Shown piece after piece: positions 1-12,304 of a stretch of DNA of 64,000 bases. The notes beneath the pieces are model-generated. The model worked only from the letters and a program-made list of their open reading frames with translations. It was not told the origin of the DNA and ran no database searches. Source of the DNA: Mobula hypostoma (lineage: Eukaryota); NCBI RefSeq assembly GCF_963921235.1, contig NC_086097.1, positions 209,624,001 through 209,688,000 of the forward strand, written 5' to 3'. Position 1 is the stretch's first letter; each line of letters starts with the position of its first letter. The position numbers were made by a program, and so were the translations under genes.

Positions 1-94
1 GTGATTATAGCTGAAGATGTGAATGTTAATGCTTCTTTGTGCATTGTTGCTTTTTATAGGTTTAGAAAATGATTAATATTTTGTTTAACTTATT

Positions 95-250
95 TAGGGA
101 TACAGTGCAAAACAGACCTTTCTGGCCCACTGCTCTGCACTCCACTGATTTAACTCTAGCCTACTCACAGGACAATTTGCAATCATCAATCACCCTACTA
201 ACTGGTACATCTTTGGACTGTGGGAGTAAACAGGAGCACCTGGAGTTATT
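95..250 (-). mobile_element. HE1/V-SINE-like SINE fragment (3' half)
   Basis: Reverse complement contains the V-domain-like ctccaggtgctcctgtttactcccacagtccaaagatgtaccag, shared with the SINE copies at 32640, 35045 and 42310. Confidence 0.55.
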
Positions 251-494
251 TTACAGAAAATTGTTGGCTTTAGGCTTGTGAATTCCCAGCATACTGTATA
301 CTTCTAATAAATGCAAATCCAAAATGCTAGGAATTTCTTTTGTCTTTTGGACACCCAGCTTCATAGGACGGAACAGTGTTCACCATATTGAACAGGGCAG
401 CGGTGCATAAAACCAGTCTCATGTGAGATATTACCAGAGTGAACAAAGATGTTTTATCAGCTCCCTTCCAATCACATGGAAGGTTTGGGTGACA

Positions 495-706
495 AAATCT
501 GCAGATACTGGAAACCCAAGCAACACACACAAAATACTGGAGGAACTCAGCAGGCCAGGCAGCATCTCTGGAAAAGAGTAAACAGTCAGTGCTTCGGGCT
601 GAGACCGTTCAGTCCTGATGATGGGTCTCGGCACAAAACGTCAACTGTTTTCACTCTTCCATAATGTTGCCTGGCCTGCTGAGTTCCTCCAGCATTTTGT
701 GTGTGT
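495..706. mobile_element. Penelope-like element terminal (pLTR) sequence as an inverted pair (hairpin)
   Basis: acacacaaaatactggaggaactcagcaggccaggcagcat (about 525-565) is the reverse complement of atgttgcctggcctgctgagttcctccagcattttgtgtgt (about 664-704). Degenerate hammerhead core ctgatga...aaaacgtc at about 616-642. Confidence 0.75.
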
Positions 707-850
707 CACAGGGTGCTGTTAGTGCATTTGTATAGTTTAAAAATACCTATTTCTTACTAACCTTCAAACCTCTACATTGATATAATCGCTAGCGTATCAG
801 GGTGGGGGGGCAGGTTTGTAATGAATAAAGTAATTACATAATTATACCAC

Positions 851-1136
851 TGTGGCGACCCACTTTCTAGCACACACGAACCAGCTCACAACAGCGCGCA
901 CAGGCAGAGGGCCGGCCCCAAAAAGGGCGCCAGGCCATCTCCACCAGCAGGGAGAAAATCCCGCGCGCAGAAAGGGTCTGGGAATATGCATTCCCCACAG
1001 CAGTCCCGCCCCAGGGAGGGCGGGAATGGGAAGGCTTTAAAGCAGGCTGCGAAGTTTGAATAAATCTCTTTCATTGCAACTCTAACTCACCGACTCCGTG
1101 TGGTTATTCTAGCGCTGTGTGTAGCACATCACTACG
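851..1136 (+). repeat. 5' LTR
   Basis: Starts TG and ends ctacg (terminal CA mutated). AATAAA at about 1059. By manual alignment, about 18 substitutions and 1 indel versus 4943-5227. Confidence 0.95.
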
Positions 1137-1138
1137 AT

Positions 1139-1153
1139 TGGTGACCCCCGACG
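1139..1153 (+). promoter_or_regulatory. Primer binding site complementary to tRNA-Trp
   Basis: tggtgacccccgacg directly after the LTR matches the tRNA-Trp PBS TGGTGACCCCGACG with one extra C. Confidence 0.85.
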
Positions 1154-1177
1154 GCCCAAACGATATTTGGACCAGAG

Positions 1178-1882
1178 ATGACCGATGCTGCATCTGTTCA
1201 TGCAGTTTTGTTAAAACTGCCAAGCTTCTGGACGCTGCGACCCCATTTATGGTTCGAACAGGCAGAAGCTCAATTCCACATTCGGCAGATAACCTCGGAG
1301 TCCACTCGCTACTACTACATGCTGAGCTCCCTCGACCAGGAGACAGCCGCACAAGTTGAAGAGTTTATAGAGTCGCCCCCGGAGGACGGCAAATACACAG
1401 CATTCAAAGCCCTGCTCATAAGGACTTTCGGACTCTCATGGCACGAACGAGCACGCCGCTTAATGCACCTGGATGGTTTGGGGGACAGGCTGCCATCAGC
1501 ATTAATGAACGAGATGCTGGCCCTGGCTGAAGGACACAAACCCTGCCTCATGTTTGAGCAGGCGTTCCTAGAGCAACTGCCCGAGGACATAAGCCTGCTG
1601 CTGTCCGATGCAGATTTCAGCGACCCCCGGGAGATGGCGGCCCGAGCAGATGTGCTGTGGAATGCCAGGAAAGAGAGAGGGGCGCCCGTCGCACAGATCA
1701 CCAAGCCGCATGCCCAACGACAGACCAGACCAGGCCCAGCAGCAGAGCCTACAAAACCCGGCGACGGGAGTGAGGACCCCAACGAACAATGGTGTTTCTA
1801 CCACCAGCGGTGGGGCACAGAGGCCCGCCGCTGCAGACCACCCTGCAAATTCCCAGGAAACGCCAGGACCAGCCGCCGCTGA
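1178..1882 (+). CDS. gag: Gag of CsRn1-like Gypsy element (234 aa)
   Basis: LKLPSFW...WFEQAEAQF capsid-like N-terminus; C-terminal CHCC knuckle [18 protein letters not shown]. Confidence 0.9.
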   Translation: MTDAASVHAVLLKLPSFWTLRPHLWFEQAEAQFHIRQITSESTRYYYMLSSLDQETAAQVEEFIESPPEDGKYTAFKALLIRTFGLSWHERARRLMHLDGLGDRLPSALMNEMLALAEGHKPCLMFEQAFLEQLPEDISLLLSDADFSDPREMAARADVLWNARKERGAPVAQITKPHAQRQTRPGPAAEPTKPGDGSEDPNEQWCFYHQRWGTEARRCRPPCKFPGNARTSRR

Positions 1883-4806
1883 TGGCTACGGCGGCTGGCC
1901 ATCAGGACAGCCTCCTGTACGTCTGGGACAAGCAGTCGGGACGCCGCTTTTTGGTCGACACCGGAGCGGAGATCAGCGTCTTACCTCCAACGAGTTACGA
2001 CACCCGCAACAGAGAACCGGGACCCACCCTGAGGGCCGCAAATGGCAGCACAATACGAACCTATGGCACCCGCACGGTACGGCTACGGTTCAGCTCCAGC
2101 CGGTTCACGTGGGACTTCACACTGGCCGCCGTGGCCGAACCACTCCTGGGGGCGGATTTTCTACGAGCCCACAGCCTGCTAGTCGACCTGCAAGGGAAGC
2201 GATTAGTCCACGCCAAGACTTTTCAAACGTTCTCCCTGGGTGAAGCACAGTTGCCAGCCCCACACCTGGACTCCATCACGCTGTCCGACGATGAATTCAC
2301 CAGGGTCCTGGCGGATTTCTCATCAGTACTGACACCGCAGTTCACGGCAGCCATGCCCAGACACGGAGTACAGCACCACATCCCGACTCAGGGACCACCC
2401 CTCCACGTCCGTGCTCGAAGGCTTCCCCTGGACAAGCTCCGAATGGCGAAGGAGGAGTTCAAGAAGATGGAGGAATTGGGGATCATACGACGGTCCGACA
2501 GCCCATGGGCCTCCCCCCTTCACATGGTGCCCAAGGCAACGGGGAGCTGGAGACCATGCGGTGACTACCGCAGACTGAACGAGGCTACAACGCCAGACCG
2601 TTACCCTGTGCCGCACATTCAAGACTTCGCAGCAAACCTGCACGGCGCAAGGATCTTTTCCAAGGTAGACCACGTCCGGGGATACCATCAAATCCCTGTA
2701 CATCCGGACGACATCCCCAAAACAGCACTTATCACCCCGTTCGGACTTTTCGAATTCCTCCGAATGCCGTTTGGTCTAAAGAATGCCGCACAGGCTTTCC
2801 AGCGGCTAATGGACGCGGTGGGACGCGACCTGGACTTTGCATTCATCTATTTGGACGACATCCTCATAGCAAGCAGTAGTCGGCAGGAGAATCTGTCCCA
2901 CCTCCGCCAGCTCTACTCCCGCCTGAGCGAATTCGGCCTTACAATCAATCCAGCCAAATGGCAGTTCGGACTCGACACCATCGACTTCCTGGGCCACAGG
3001 ATTACTAAAGACGGGGCAACCCCGCTGCCCGCCAAGGTAGACGCAGTCCGCCACTTCCCCCGACCCAACACAATCAAAGGCCTGCAGGAATTCGTCGGTA
3101 TGGTGAACTTCTACCACCATTTCCTCCCCTCAGCAGCCCGAACCATGCGACCCCTGTTCACTCTAATGTCGGGTAAGGGCAAGGACATTACCTGGGATGA
3201 AGAGGCCGCAACCGCTTTCGTTAAAACCAAAGAAGCCTTGGCAAACGCCGTGATGCTAGTGCACCCCAGAACAGACGTTCTTACTGCCCTCACGGTGGAC
3301 GCATCCAACACAGCGGTCGGTGGAGTGCTGGAACAACTCATCGAGGGTCGCTGGCAACCCCTGGCGTTCTTCAGCAAACACCTACAATCACCTGAACTCA
3401 AATACAGTGCTTTCGATCGGGAGCTATTGGCACTATACCTGGCAATCTGGCATTTCAGGTACTTCTTAGAAGGTAGGCCCTTCACCGCGTTCACAGACCA
3501 AAAACCACTTACTTTTGCATTCATGAAGGTGTCCGACCCCTGGTCGTCCCGCCAGCAGCGACATCTGTCCTACATCTCCGAGTACACGACAGACATCCGG
3601 CATGTCTCTGGAAAGGACAACATCATGGCGGATGCACTTTCCAGACCTACCATACAGGCCCTGTCCCAGGGGGTGGACTATGCAGCGCTGGCAGAGGCAC
3701 AGCAGGCAAACACTGAGATCCCCAGTTACAGGACTGCAGTCTCCGGTTTGCAGCTCCAAGACCTCCCCGTAGGCCCAGGTGAGAGGACCCTACTATGTGA
3801 CGTAGCTACTGGCCAACCCCGCCCCGTCGTCCCAGCAGCCTGGCGCCAGCGGGTTTTCAAGTCCATTCACAACTTAGCGCAACCCTCCATCAGGACAACC
3901 GTCCAGCTGGTCGCCAACAGGTTCGTGTGGCATGGGCTTCATAAACAGGTCAGTGAATGGGTCAAAACGTGCATGCAGTGCCAAACGGCCAAGGTGCAGC
4001 GGCACACCAAGGCTCCGCCGCAGCAGTTCGAACCCACCCGCCAGAGGTTCGACCACATCCATGTGGATATCGTGGGGCCCCTGCCAGTGTCACGAGGAGT
4101 GCGGTACCTCCTGACTATGATAGACTGGTTCACCAGATGGCCAGAGGCAGTCCCGCTCACCAACACCACCTCCGAATCCTGCGCCCGAGCACTGATCGCA
4201 ACCTGGGTAGCCTGCTTCGGGATACCGGCCCACATTACCTCCGACAGGGGCGCCCAGTTCACCTCCAGCCTGTGGTCAGCTATGGCCAGACTTTTAGGAA
4301 CACAGCTACACCACACAACTGCCTACCACCCACAGTCGAACGGACTAGTGGAGTGCTTCCACCGTCACCTGAAATCGGCTCTCATGGCACGCCTGGAGGG
4401 GCCTAACTGGGTGGACGAGCTTCCCTGGGTCCTGCTCAGAATCCGCACGGCGCCCAAAGAGGATCTGCACACCTCGTCGGCCGAGTTGGTGTACGGCGCA
4501 CCCCTGGTCGTCCCAGGAGAGTTCATACCAGCCCCAAGGGGGCAAGAGGAAGAACCCACAGCAGTCCTGGACAGACTACGGGAGAGGCTCGGTAACCTGG
4601 CCCCCATCCCCACTTCACAGCACGGGCAGAGCCCGACCTGCGTACCCAAAGACCTGCAGAACTGTAAGTTTCTTTTTGTACGATGGGGCGGACACCGGAC
4701 ACCGCTACAGCGGCCCTATGAGGGGCCGTTTAAGGTGATCAGGAACAACGGGTCCACATTCGTGCTGGACATTGGGGGGAGGGAGGAGGTTTTCACGGTG
4801 GACTGA
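1789..4806 (+). CDS. pol: Pol polyprotein (PR-RT-RNase H-IN) in the -1 frame relative to gag; late premature stop
   Basis: FLVDTGAE protease, YLDD RT, DAS/ELLA/DALSR RNase H, HVDIVG/TSDRG/LVE integrase, GPF motif. TGA at 4804 sits where VD-R-LKPAH is expected (CGA>TGA). True start is probably near 1861-1882. Confidence 0.95.
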   Translation: MVFLPPAVGHRGPPLQTTLQIPRKRQDQPPLMATAAGHQDSLLYVWDKQSGRRFLVDTGAEISVLPPTSYDTRNREPGPTLRAANGSTIRTYGTRTVRLRFSSSRFTWDFTLAAVAEPLLGADFLRAHSLLVDLQGKRLVHAKTFQTFSLGEAQLPAPHLDSITLSDDEFTRVLADFSSVLTPQFTAAMPRHGVQHHIPTQGPPLHVRARRLPLDKLRMAKEEFKKMEELGIIRRSDSPWASPLHMVPKATGSWRPCGDYRRLNEATTPDRYPVPHIQDFAANLHGARIFSKVDHVRGYHQIPVHPDDIPKTALITPFGLFEFLRMPFGLKNAAQAFQRLMDAVGRDLDFAFIYLDDILIASSSRQENLSHLRQLYSRLSEFGLTINPAKWQFGLDTIDFLGHRITKDGATPLPAKVDAVRHFPRPNTIKGLQEFVGMVNFYHHFLPSAARTMRPLFTLMSGKGKDITWDEEAATAFVKTKEALANAVMLVHPRTDVLTALTVDASNTAVGGVLEQLIEGRWQPLAFFSKHLQSPELKYSAFDRELLALYLAIWHFRYFLEGRPFTAFTDQKPLTFAFMKVSDPWSSRQQRHLSYISEYTTDIRHVSGKDNIMADALSRPTIQALSQGVDYAALAEAQQANTEIPSYRTAVSGLQLQDLPVGPGERTLLCDVATGQPRPVVPAAWRQRVFKSIHNLAQPSIRTTVQLVANRFVWHGLHKQVSEWVKTCMQCQTAKVQRHTKAPPQQFEPTRQRFDHIHVDIVGPLPVSRGVRYLLTMIDWFTRWPEAVPLTNTTSESCARALIATWVACFGIPAHITSDRGAQFTSSLWSAMARLLGTQLHHTTAYHPQSNGLVECFHRHLKSALMARLEGPNWVDELPWVLLRIRTAPKEDLHTSSAELVYGAPLVVPGEFIPAPRGQEEEPTAVLDRLRERLGNLAPIPTSQHGQSPTCVPKDLQNCKFLFVRWGGHRTPLQRPYEGPFKVIRNNGSTFVLDIGGREEVFTVD

Positions 4807-4942
4807 CTCAAACCGGCCCATGTGGACTTGGCGCAGCCGGTCCAGGCTCAGGCACCGCGGCGCAGGGGCAGACCTCCCAAACAGAGGCCGATCCAGACTG
4901 TGGACATTGGGGGAGGTATCGCCGGTTCTGGGGGGCAGGTCA

Positions 4943-5227
4943 TGTGGCGACCCACTTTCTAGCACACACGAACCGGCTCACAACAGCGCACGCAGGCCGA
5001 GGACCGGCCCCAAAAAGGGCGCCAGGCCATCTTCACCAGCAGGGGAAAAATCCCGCGCGCAGAAAGGGTCTGGGAATATGCATTCCCCACAGTAGTCCCG
5101 CCCAGAGAGGGCGGGAACGGGAAGGCTTTAAAGCAGGCCGCGAAGTTTGAATAAATCTCTTTCATCGCAACTCTAACTTACCGACTCCGTGTGGTTATTC
5201 TAGTGCTGTGTGTAGCACACCGCTACA
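4943..5227 (+). repeat. 3' LTR, preceded by PPT ggggggcagg (4930-4939)
   Basis: TG...CA ends; direct repeat of 851-1136. Confidence 0.95.
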
Positions 5228-6359
5228 CCATATCCTTTCCTCCTCCTCCCTACTGCAGGGATTTCCCCCTCAGGTAGTTCAATTGAAGTTCTGGTGTTCT
5301 GTTTCAGTTGAATTGTTCATTCACATTCCACAGTATGCCACACTAATGTGTAGTGAGATGACCTTCCATATTTAGCAATGCTTAAGTATCAACTTTGCTT
5401 TTTGTATATACTGCAAAGTCCTAAATTCAATCTTTTGAAATTTTGATTTTTTTTTAGCTGATTTTGCCATTTGATTTTTAATCTTCAACAACAATACTTA
5501 TTTTATTTCCCACATTTTGATCCCTTTTCTTTCAAAAGTGTTATCAGGTTTTATGTTGTTTAAACCTTGCTCCTAATGAGTACCTTGCTATATAGTAAAT
5601 CTATTTAGCAGGTGTTAAACCTTGATTAATTGAGATCATTCTCCACTGTTCCATTAAACATTTCCATAAGGGCACTGGTTTCATTGAAGCCAATCCCACT
5701 TCCAGTTCTTGCTCAGTGACCTAATATTCCTGGCATATTTTATCTGTGGTATCAAGTGGCTTACCTTTGTAATCCCATGGTAGTTCTCCAGAAATGCTCT
5801 CCAAAGAGCTTGATACGTCTTGTATTTGTTGTAGTACAATCGCAAAGATTAGTTATGGTGGAGAATTAGATCATCAGGCTAACGTGCACAAAGTTTGTTT
5901 TCAATGAATTGGACCATAAAGAAATTGCAGGCATTTAAGCATTGTTAAAACTACTGCTGCACCTTGCTACATTTCTAATTTTTCAATAAAATTTAAAATT
6001 ACAGTTGTTAATTTATAATTTGCAGTGCTTAAGGGGGAATTTGAAACAGGTGTTGCAGTTATTATACAAAATTTTACAATTATGCAAATTGCATTCCATG
6101 AAGCAAGATACTTCAGGGTGACCTAGAACAGCAGATGATAAATAAATATGAGTGCTTTTCCCATGGATATCTTGATGTACTGATGTGATAAAATGACCTG
6201 TATGAATGACATGGGGATTTTTTTTTTAACTGTTCCTTTGTACAGTTACAGTAATAAAACTATGTACCAATTTACTAATGAGTATAGTAAATCACAATTT
6301 AGAGAAGTCATACTTCTATCAGAAAAAAGTTTATAGAAATAAAAGTAAGCCAAAAAAAT

Positions 6360-6520
6360 CTACTCCTCATCTTTTTTAACTCCAGTCCTGCTGAAGGGTC
6401 CCAGCCCGAAATGTCGACTGTGCTCTTTTCCATTGATGCTGCCTGACCTGCTGAGTTTCTAGAGCAGTTTGTGGATGTGTTGCTTGGATTTCCAGTGTCT
6501 GCATTTTTTCTCTTGTTTGG
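6360..6520 (+). mobile_element. Penelope-like pLTR fragment with degenerate hammerhead
   Basis: cagtcctgctgaagggtcccagcccgaaatgtcgactg followed by the gatgctgcctgacctgctgag tail seen in the other PLE copies. Confidence 0.7.
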
Positions 6521-6617
6521 AATTTGTTCATGCATCTTCACTCAATTTCAAGTAATGTCAGGATCATAGGTTTTCTAGAAACTGTGCTGCCATTGTGATA
6601 ATTTTTGGACTATGTGC

Positions 6618-6960
6618 AAGTGTGGCACAGCAAGTAGAATTCATGCCTCACTATCCCTGTAACCCAGATTCAATCCAGATCTCCAATGCTGAGCATGGGA
6701 ATTTTGCACATTCTCCCTATGACTGCAGGAGTTTCCCCTGGATGCACTGTTTTCTTCCTACATTCCAAGGACATGCTGGTCAATTGGTTATTTTGAACTG
6801 CTCCAAGTGTAGAGAGCTGATAGGTGAATCAGGGTGGTGTATCTGGACTGTATCTTGCTCTGTCTAGAAAATGGGTTAAAGGGAAACAAGTGAAGGAATA
6901 AGACTGATGAGCTTACTTTGAGAGCTGATATAGACTTGATCAGCTGCTTGGCCTCCTTTA
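6618..6960 (+). mobile_element. Degraded tRNA-derived V-SINE (HE1-like)
   Basis: A-box-like gtggcacagcaagtag, B-box-like gattcaatcc, V-domain-like tttgcacattctccctatgactgc...tttcttcctacattccaagg. Confidence 0.6.
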
Positions 6961-7071
6961 ATGCCATGAGGAAACATGAGAATAAATATGAAATTAAACT
7001 GAATAATAGGCACGCAAAAACTTGTGAAGCAGTTACAAATGTGAAAGGCCTTGGTATCTCGTGTGAACATG

Positions 7072-7245
7072 AGCAACACACATAAAATACTGAAGGAATT
7101 CAGCAAGTCAGGCAACATCAATGGAGGAGAATAACCGTTGACATTTTGGATTGAGACTCTTCATCAGGACATGCTGATTTAATGAATTCCTCCAGCATCT
7201 TACCTATTGTATGTTGCTCAAGATTTCCAGCATCTTTTGTGCTTA
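7072..7245. mobile_element. Penelope-like pLTR inverted pair
   Basis: Minus-strand arm (about 7072-7170, containing cttcatcagg) abuts a short plus-strand arm (tcctccagcat...atttccagcatct). Confidence 0.65.
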
Positions 7246-7357
7246 TGTGAGCATGACCTCTTTTTTTTCAACTGGAAGTAATTTCTCAAATTTTACCTGC
7301 AGAGAAATCAGTGCACTAGTAATGGCTAAACAAATTTTCCTTCCTGCAAGGGAACAT

Positions 7358-9406
7358 TCAGAAAAATGTAACATTGTTCTTTGGAACCAATTACTCATTT
7401 ATGCTGTTTTCCACCATGGAATGACCATTGCCAAGCATGTGGTCACTTCAATGGACTTCGGACTTCGGGTGACCACTAGCAGTATCTGTAAGAATACTCG
7501 GGAGGGAAGTGCTGGCTTGCAATTCAGTCATCTCTTCCTGTAGACCAGCTGTGTAATGAATGAGGGAAATCTTGGAATTTGTTATCGAATATTACTGTCA
7601 TTCTCCTGATCTCTTTGCCTTATTGCTTCGCTCCCAGTCAGGGTCATTATCGATGAAATGGTCCATGGTTTGTGTGATTGTAGTGATGCTCGTGCTGAGG
7701 AATTTTATGGTAAGGTTTCTTTCCAGTGTTTCCTCCCCTCCATCCGTATCCTCAGATTCACCCAGGATGCAATGCTCTGCCCATTCTCAAAGCTCTTTGT
7801 TATTAAGGCTCACACCGTGAGAATGCAGCAACTCGTCAACATCGCTATTATTAACATCCTCTAATCCTGCTTCACTGGCCAGTTCAACCATGTTTTGGAT
7901 GACTGGTTCCACCTGAAATCCTAGGATGTTGTTTCATGCTCCTGGCCATAGCTTCTTCCACACTCTGCCCATGCAGTTTGAAGTTGCTTCATCCCAGACT
8001 GCTCTGATATTGTCTACAGCTTTCATGGCATTGTAGTTTTTCCAAAACCGCCTGATGGATTGCTTGTCGAGACCTTTTGTTTCCTCTACCAGTTGCTTGA
8101 ATGTGCGACAAAGGTAGTAGGCTTTAAAATTCGATATTACTTTTTGCTCCATTGGTTGGAGTAATGAAGTGGCGTTGGGTGGAAAGTAAACCACTTCTAC
8201 CAGAATGAAGGTCCAAAGCTTGTCAAGATTCTCAGGGTGGCCTGGAGCATTATAAGCATCAACAATGCTTTGGGTTCTAGGTCATGCTCCTCACAATACT
8301 GTTTCACTGCTGGACAGAAATGTTAAACAAACCAATTTTGGAAAACATCAATCATCACCCAGACTTTCTTCTTTGATTTCCAAATCACTGGTAGACTTGA
8401 ATTTAAAATGCCTTTCATTGCTTGTGGTGTTTCAGAGTGTGGCGTTTCAGAGTGATACACAAACATAGGCTTTAACTTAAGGTCTCCTTTAGCATTACCT
8501 TCTAGCAAAGAGTTAATGGGTCCTTTGCAGCCTTGAGCCCAGATGCATGTTTCTCTTCTCGGAAGATGTAAGTACGAGAAGACATTCTTTTCCAAATTAG
8601 ACCTGTTTCATTCACATTGAAGACAAGCTCAGGAGGTTAATTATCCTTTTTGATTATGGCATTTGGTGTTGCAGGGAAATCCTGGGCTGCCTTGCTGTTT
8701 GCACTAGCCGTTTCACCGAGATATGTACACTATGAAGGTTACTACGTTGTTTAAATCTATGTTACCGACATATGTTCTTCTTCTTGAATATGATTGAACA
8801 TGCTTCTTGCCTTTTCCATTATTATCAGCTGGTTCAGGGTCATGTTTCATTGTGTTTTGTCATCCACCCATATATTTATTTTATTTTCTATTTCTTCAAG
8901 CAAGTGGCTCCTTGAACAAGTTACCTTCGTGGATGATATCTTTAAGGTCGTCGTTGCAGAAACGTGTATCTTGTTTGCATTTTTTTTAATAACTGTTCTG
9001 ATCATCAACGAAGCCAATTTCAAAGGGGCGCCAACATCAACCTGATACTCACCAGCAGTTTCACATCCATGCTAATGCTTTTCCCAGACCACTTAGAAGT
9101 ACTACTGTCACTGGAAGTTGCAGGCTGTTTGCCAGACATGATGGGTGAAAAAAATGGAATAATTTGATGAGGGAGCAAGAACGTTTACACATGCGGGGGG
9201 GGATAGAGTGTGAATTAATACATGATTGGCTGTGAGTGGCTCAGAGTGTCTGCAAAGCACTCTCATTGGCTAATTGACTGCTGCAATGGTGGGTGCTTTT
9301 GAGTAGTTTTGAGTGCTTAGAATGAATTTTTGTCATTCTTTAAAAATTTCAATAAAGAATTGAAAAAGCGCATTGTAATGAACCAGTGCTATGCAGGGTC
9401 TGAGTG
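7358..9406 (-). mobile_element. Tigger/pogo-like DNA transposon relic (frameshifted transposase, ATG about 9139, stop about 7358)
   Basis: Minus-strand motifs DNAPGHP, PPNATSLLQPM..KVISNFKAYYL, GNAKGDLKLKPMFVYHSE; probable terminus at 9406 next to a TA. Confidence 0.85.
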
Positions 9407-9408
9407 TA

Positions 9409-12150
9409 CTTGGCTGAGGAGTTGGTGCAGGGAACAGGAATTCAGGTTGTAGGATCATTATGAGACTCTTGGGATGGAGTTGACCAATTCAAGAGGATGG
9501 CCTGCAATTCAACCAGAGAGATACCAATATCATAGCGGGGAAATTTGCTTTTGCTACCAGGGAAGGGTTAAACTAGATTTGCAGAGATTGGGACAAGAGA
9601 GTGAAGTCTGCGAGACGAGGGGTATATGCAGCAACCAACAGTGTCAGCCTAGTAGTTGGGAATGGCCATGTTTACAGTAAAAGGGCAGGTAGGATGACTG
9701 CTTTAACTTTTATCTATTTCAATGCATGTAGCTTCTCTGGAAAGGCAAACAAACTGAGAACATGGATTGCCTCTAAGGACTGGGATATTGTGGCCATAAT
9801 AGAAATGTGGCTGAGAGAAGGGCAAGACTAGCAGCTCAATGCTCTAAGATACCAAAACTTTAGGCATGATGGAGGAACAGGTAAGAGTTTTGGCGGGGGG
9901 GGTGCTTCCTTTTTGATAAGAGAGGTCATAACAGTGGTATTGACGGAGGGTATTCTTGAGGGATCATCTAACGAAGCCATTTTGGTAGAACATAGAAATA
10001 ATAACAGGATGGGAAACACTAGAGATTTTTGCAAATGTGGAAATCTTGAGCAACACACAAAAAACAGGATGGTAACCTTGGTAAGGCAGTGGTATAGACA
10101 CCTACACCCGCCCCCTCCCCACAATAGTTTACTGGAATTTGAGAAGCAAATGTGTTGATGAATTGCATGTAATTGTGAAAACAGTAGAGTGGTGAGAGTG
10201 GGAAACTTCTCTGTGTCAGCTGAGTTACCTAGAATGCAAAGGGCCTGGATGGGATAGGATTAGTGTGGTGCAACCAAAACAGTTTCCTCATGCAGTGTAC
10301 AGTGGCACCTTCTCTGGACCTCTGCTTAGGGAACACGACAGGCAAAGTAACTGAAATGGTAATTGGGGAGCACTTTGGGTCCATTGACCACAAATTCTAT
10401 TAGATTTAAAATTATGGAAAAGTTAGAACAGGCCCACAGGTGAAAGTCATGAACTGGAGCTGGGCCAATTTTGAGTACATTAGAGAGGATCTAGCTGGAG
10501 TTGATTGGGTGACTTCATTTCAAGGCAAAGGAACAGATAACAAGTGGGAGGCTTTTAGTAGGGCCATACTAAGAATCCAGGGTAGTATGTTCCTGTTAAG
10601 GTGAAGGGTAGTTCAGGTACCGCTGGTTTACGAGAGATATGAAGGTTCTGGTCAGGCAGCTGGATACGGATGAAATCCACAACAAATTTAAAATGACCAG
10701 GCTTAAGAGGGAAATCAGGAGGATGAAAATTGAGTATGCAGGGTTAAAGACAATCCTAGGAGTTCTTCATTCATATTAATTGGAAACTGGTGATTAAGGA
10801 GAGGCAAAGTCCTTGTAAGGACCATCAGTACCACCTATGTGTGGAGCTGTAGGAGATGGCTGAGATTTTTAATGTCTCTTTCTCCTCGGTGTTCACTAAG
10901 GAGAATGTAATGGATGTCAACGAGAGGGTAAAAAATAATGAGGTCTTGCATTATATCTGTATTTCAAGCAAAAGAGGAATTTGAAGCCTGTTGAGGTGGG
11001 CAAATCCCCATTGCCTGATCATATGCACTCCTGGACCTTATGGGAGGCCAGTGAAGAAACCATGAGGCCCTTGCAGAGTTGTTTGCTTCATTATTATCCA
11101 CCGGTGAAGTTCCAGAAGACTAATGTTGTTCCATTGTTCAAGAAAGGCAGCAAGTACAGGTCAGGGAACTAGAGGCAAGCAAGTCTGACTTCTGTTGCCG
11201 GGAGGAAATTCTGAGGGGCATATCTGCCATCACTAAGATAAAGGACTGGTCAGGAATAGTCGGCATGGTTTATGAATGGAAGGAAATATTTGAAAAACCT
11301 TCCAGAGTTTTTCAAGGAGATAACTAGGGATAGATACAGTGGATGTTGTCAATATGGACTTTAGTACAGCCTTTTACAAGAACCTGCATGACAGGCTGAA
11401 ATGGAAGGTTAAGGTTGCATGAGATTCAAGGGGAGCTAGTGATGTGGTATCAAAATTGGCTCATTGATAGGAAGCAGAAAGTAATAGTTGAATGTTGATT
11501 CTCCAACAGGAGGCCTGTAACTAGTGGAATGCCCATGTTGGGACCTCATATTTATGAACTATGTAAATAATTTAGATAAGAATGTACACAGCGTGATAGG
11601 CATTTGCTCATAATAGCAAGTCAGGGGTCTTGTTGATAGTGAAGCAGGTTACAAAGAGTTGCAAAGAGATCTTGATCCATTAAGGGGATGGTCTGAGGAA
11701 TGGCAAATGGATTTCAACTTAGGTAACTGGTGGATGTTCAATTTAGATAGTCAAATCAGAATAGAACTTATCCAGTGAATAGCAGGGCATCAGGGCACTG
11801 AAAAGTGTTGTGGAACAGAGGAATCTGGGAGTACAAGTGTACATTTCACTGAATGGGGCTGCACAAGTAGAAACAGTACTGAAGAAGGCATTCAGCATGC
11901 TGGCATTCATCAGTCAGGGCACTGAGTTTGGAGTAGGGAAATTATATTGCAGTTATACAAGTCATTGGGGAACCTGCACTTGGAATGTTGTGTACAGTTT
12001 TGATCAGCTTGTTACAGGAAATACATTGTCAAGTGGGAGATGGTGCAGGAGAGTTTTATGAGGATGCTGCCTGGACTAGGGGGCCTGAATTATAGGGAGA
12101 GCTTTGCCGTCTGGATCTTCATATCTTGGAGTACCGGGGAATGAAGAGTG
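9409..12150 (+). mobile_element. Degraded CR1 LINE (APE and RT remnants)
   Basis: YFNACS..GKANKL..DIVAIIEMWL endonuclease remnant, [16 protein letters not shown]; many stops and frameshifts. Confidence 0.85.
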
Positions 12151-12304
12151 TGTTAATCAGATCCACTTTCTATTCTCAACCATCAATCCTGTCTTAAAGT
12201 CATAAAAATGTGTTTTTAACATTAACAAATGAACACTTCTGAGTTTTTTTTTGAAAATTGATCTTTGTTTAGTTGCATTTATACAATGGACAGATGGCTT
12301 AGTT

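Larger units (their letters stand above)
851..5227 (+). mobile_element. Full-length Ty3/Gypsy LTR retrotransposon, CsRn1-like clade
   Basis: Paired LTRs, PBS, PPT, gag and pol (PR-RT-RH-IN order). Flanks ccac (847-850) and ccat (5228-5231) form a 4-bp TSD with one mismatch. Markedly more GC-rich than its flanks. Confidence 0.97.

Noticed and set aside
1315..4965. Numerous antisense and alternate-frame ORFs over the Gypsy element
   Set aside because: Expected shadows of a GC-rich coding sequence; no motifs.
5760..5880. Minus-strand exon candidate with strong donor AAAG|GTAAGC
   Set aside because: Stops in all three frames after the nearest acceptor and no recognisable peptide; such sites arise by chance.
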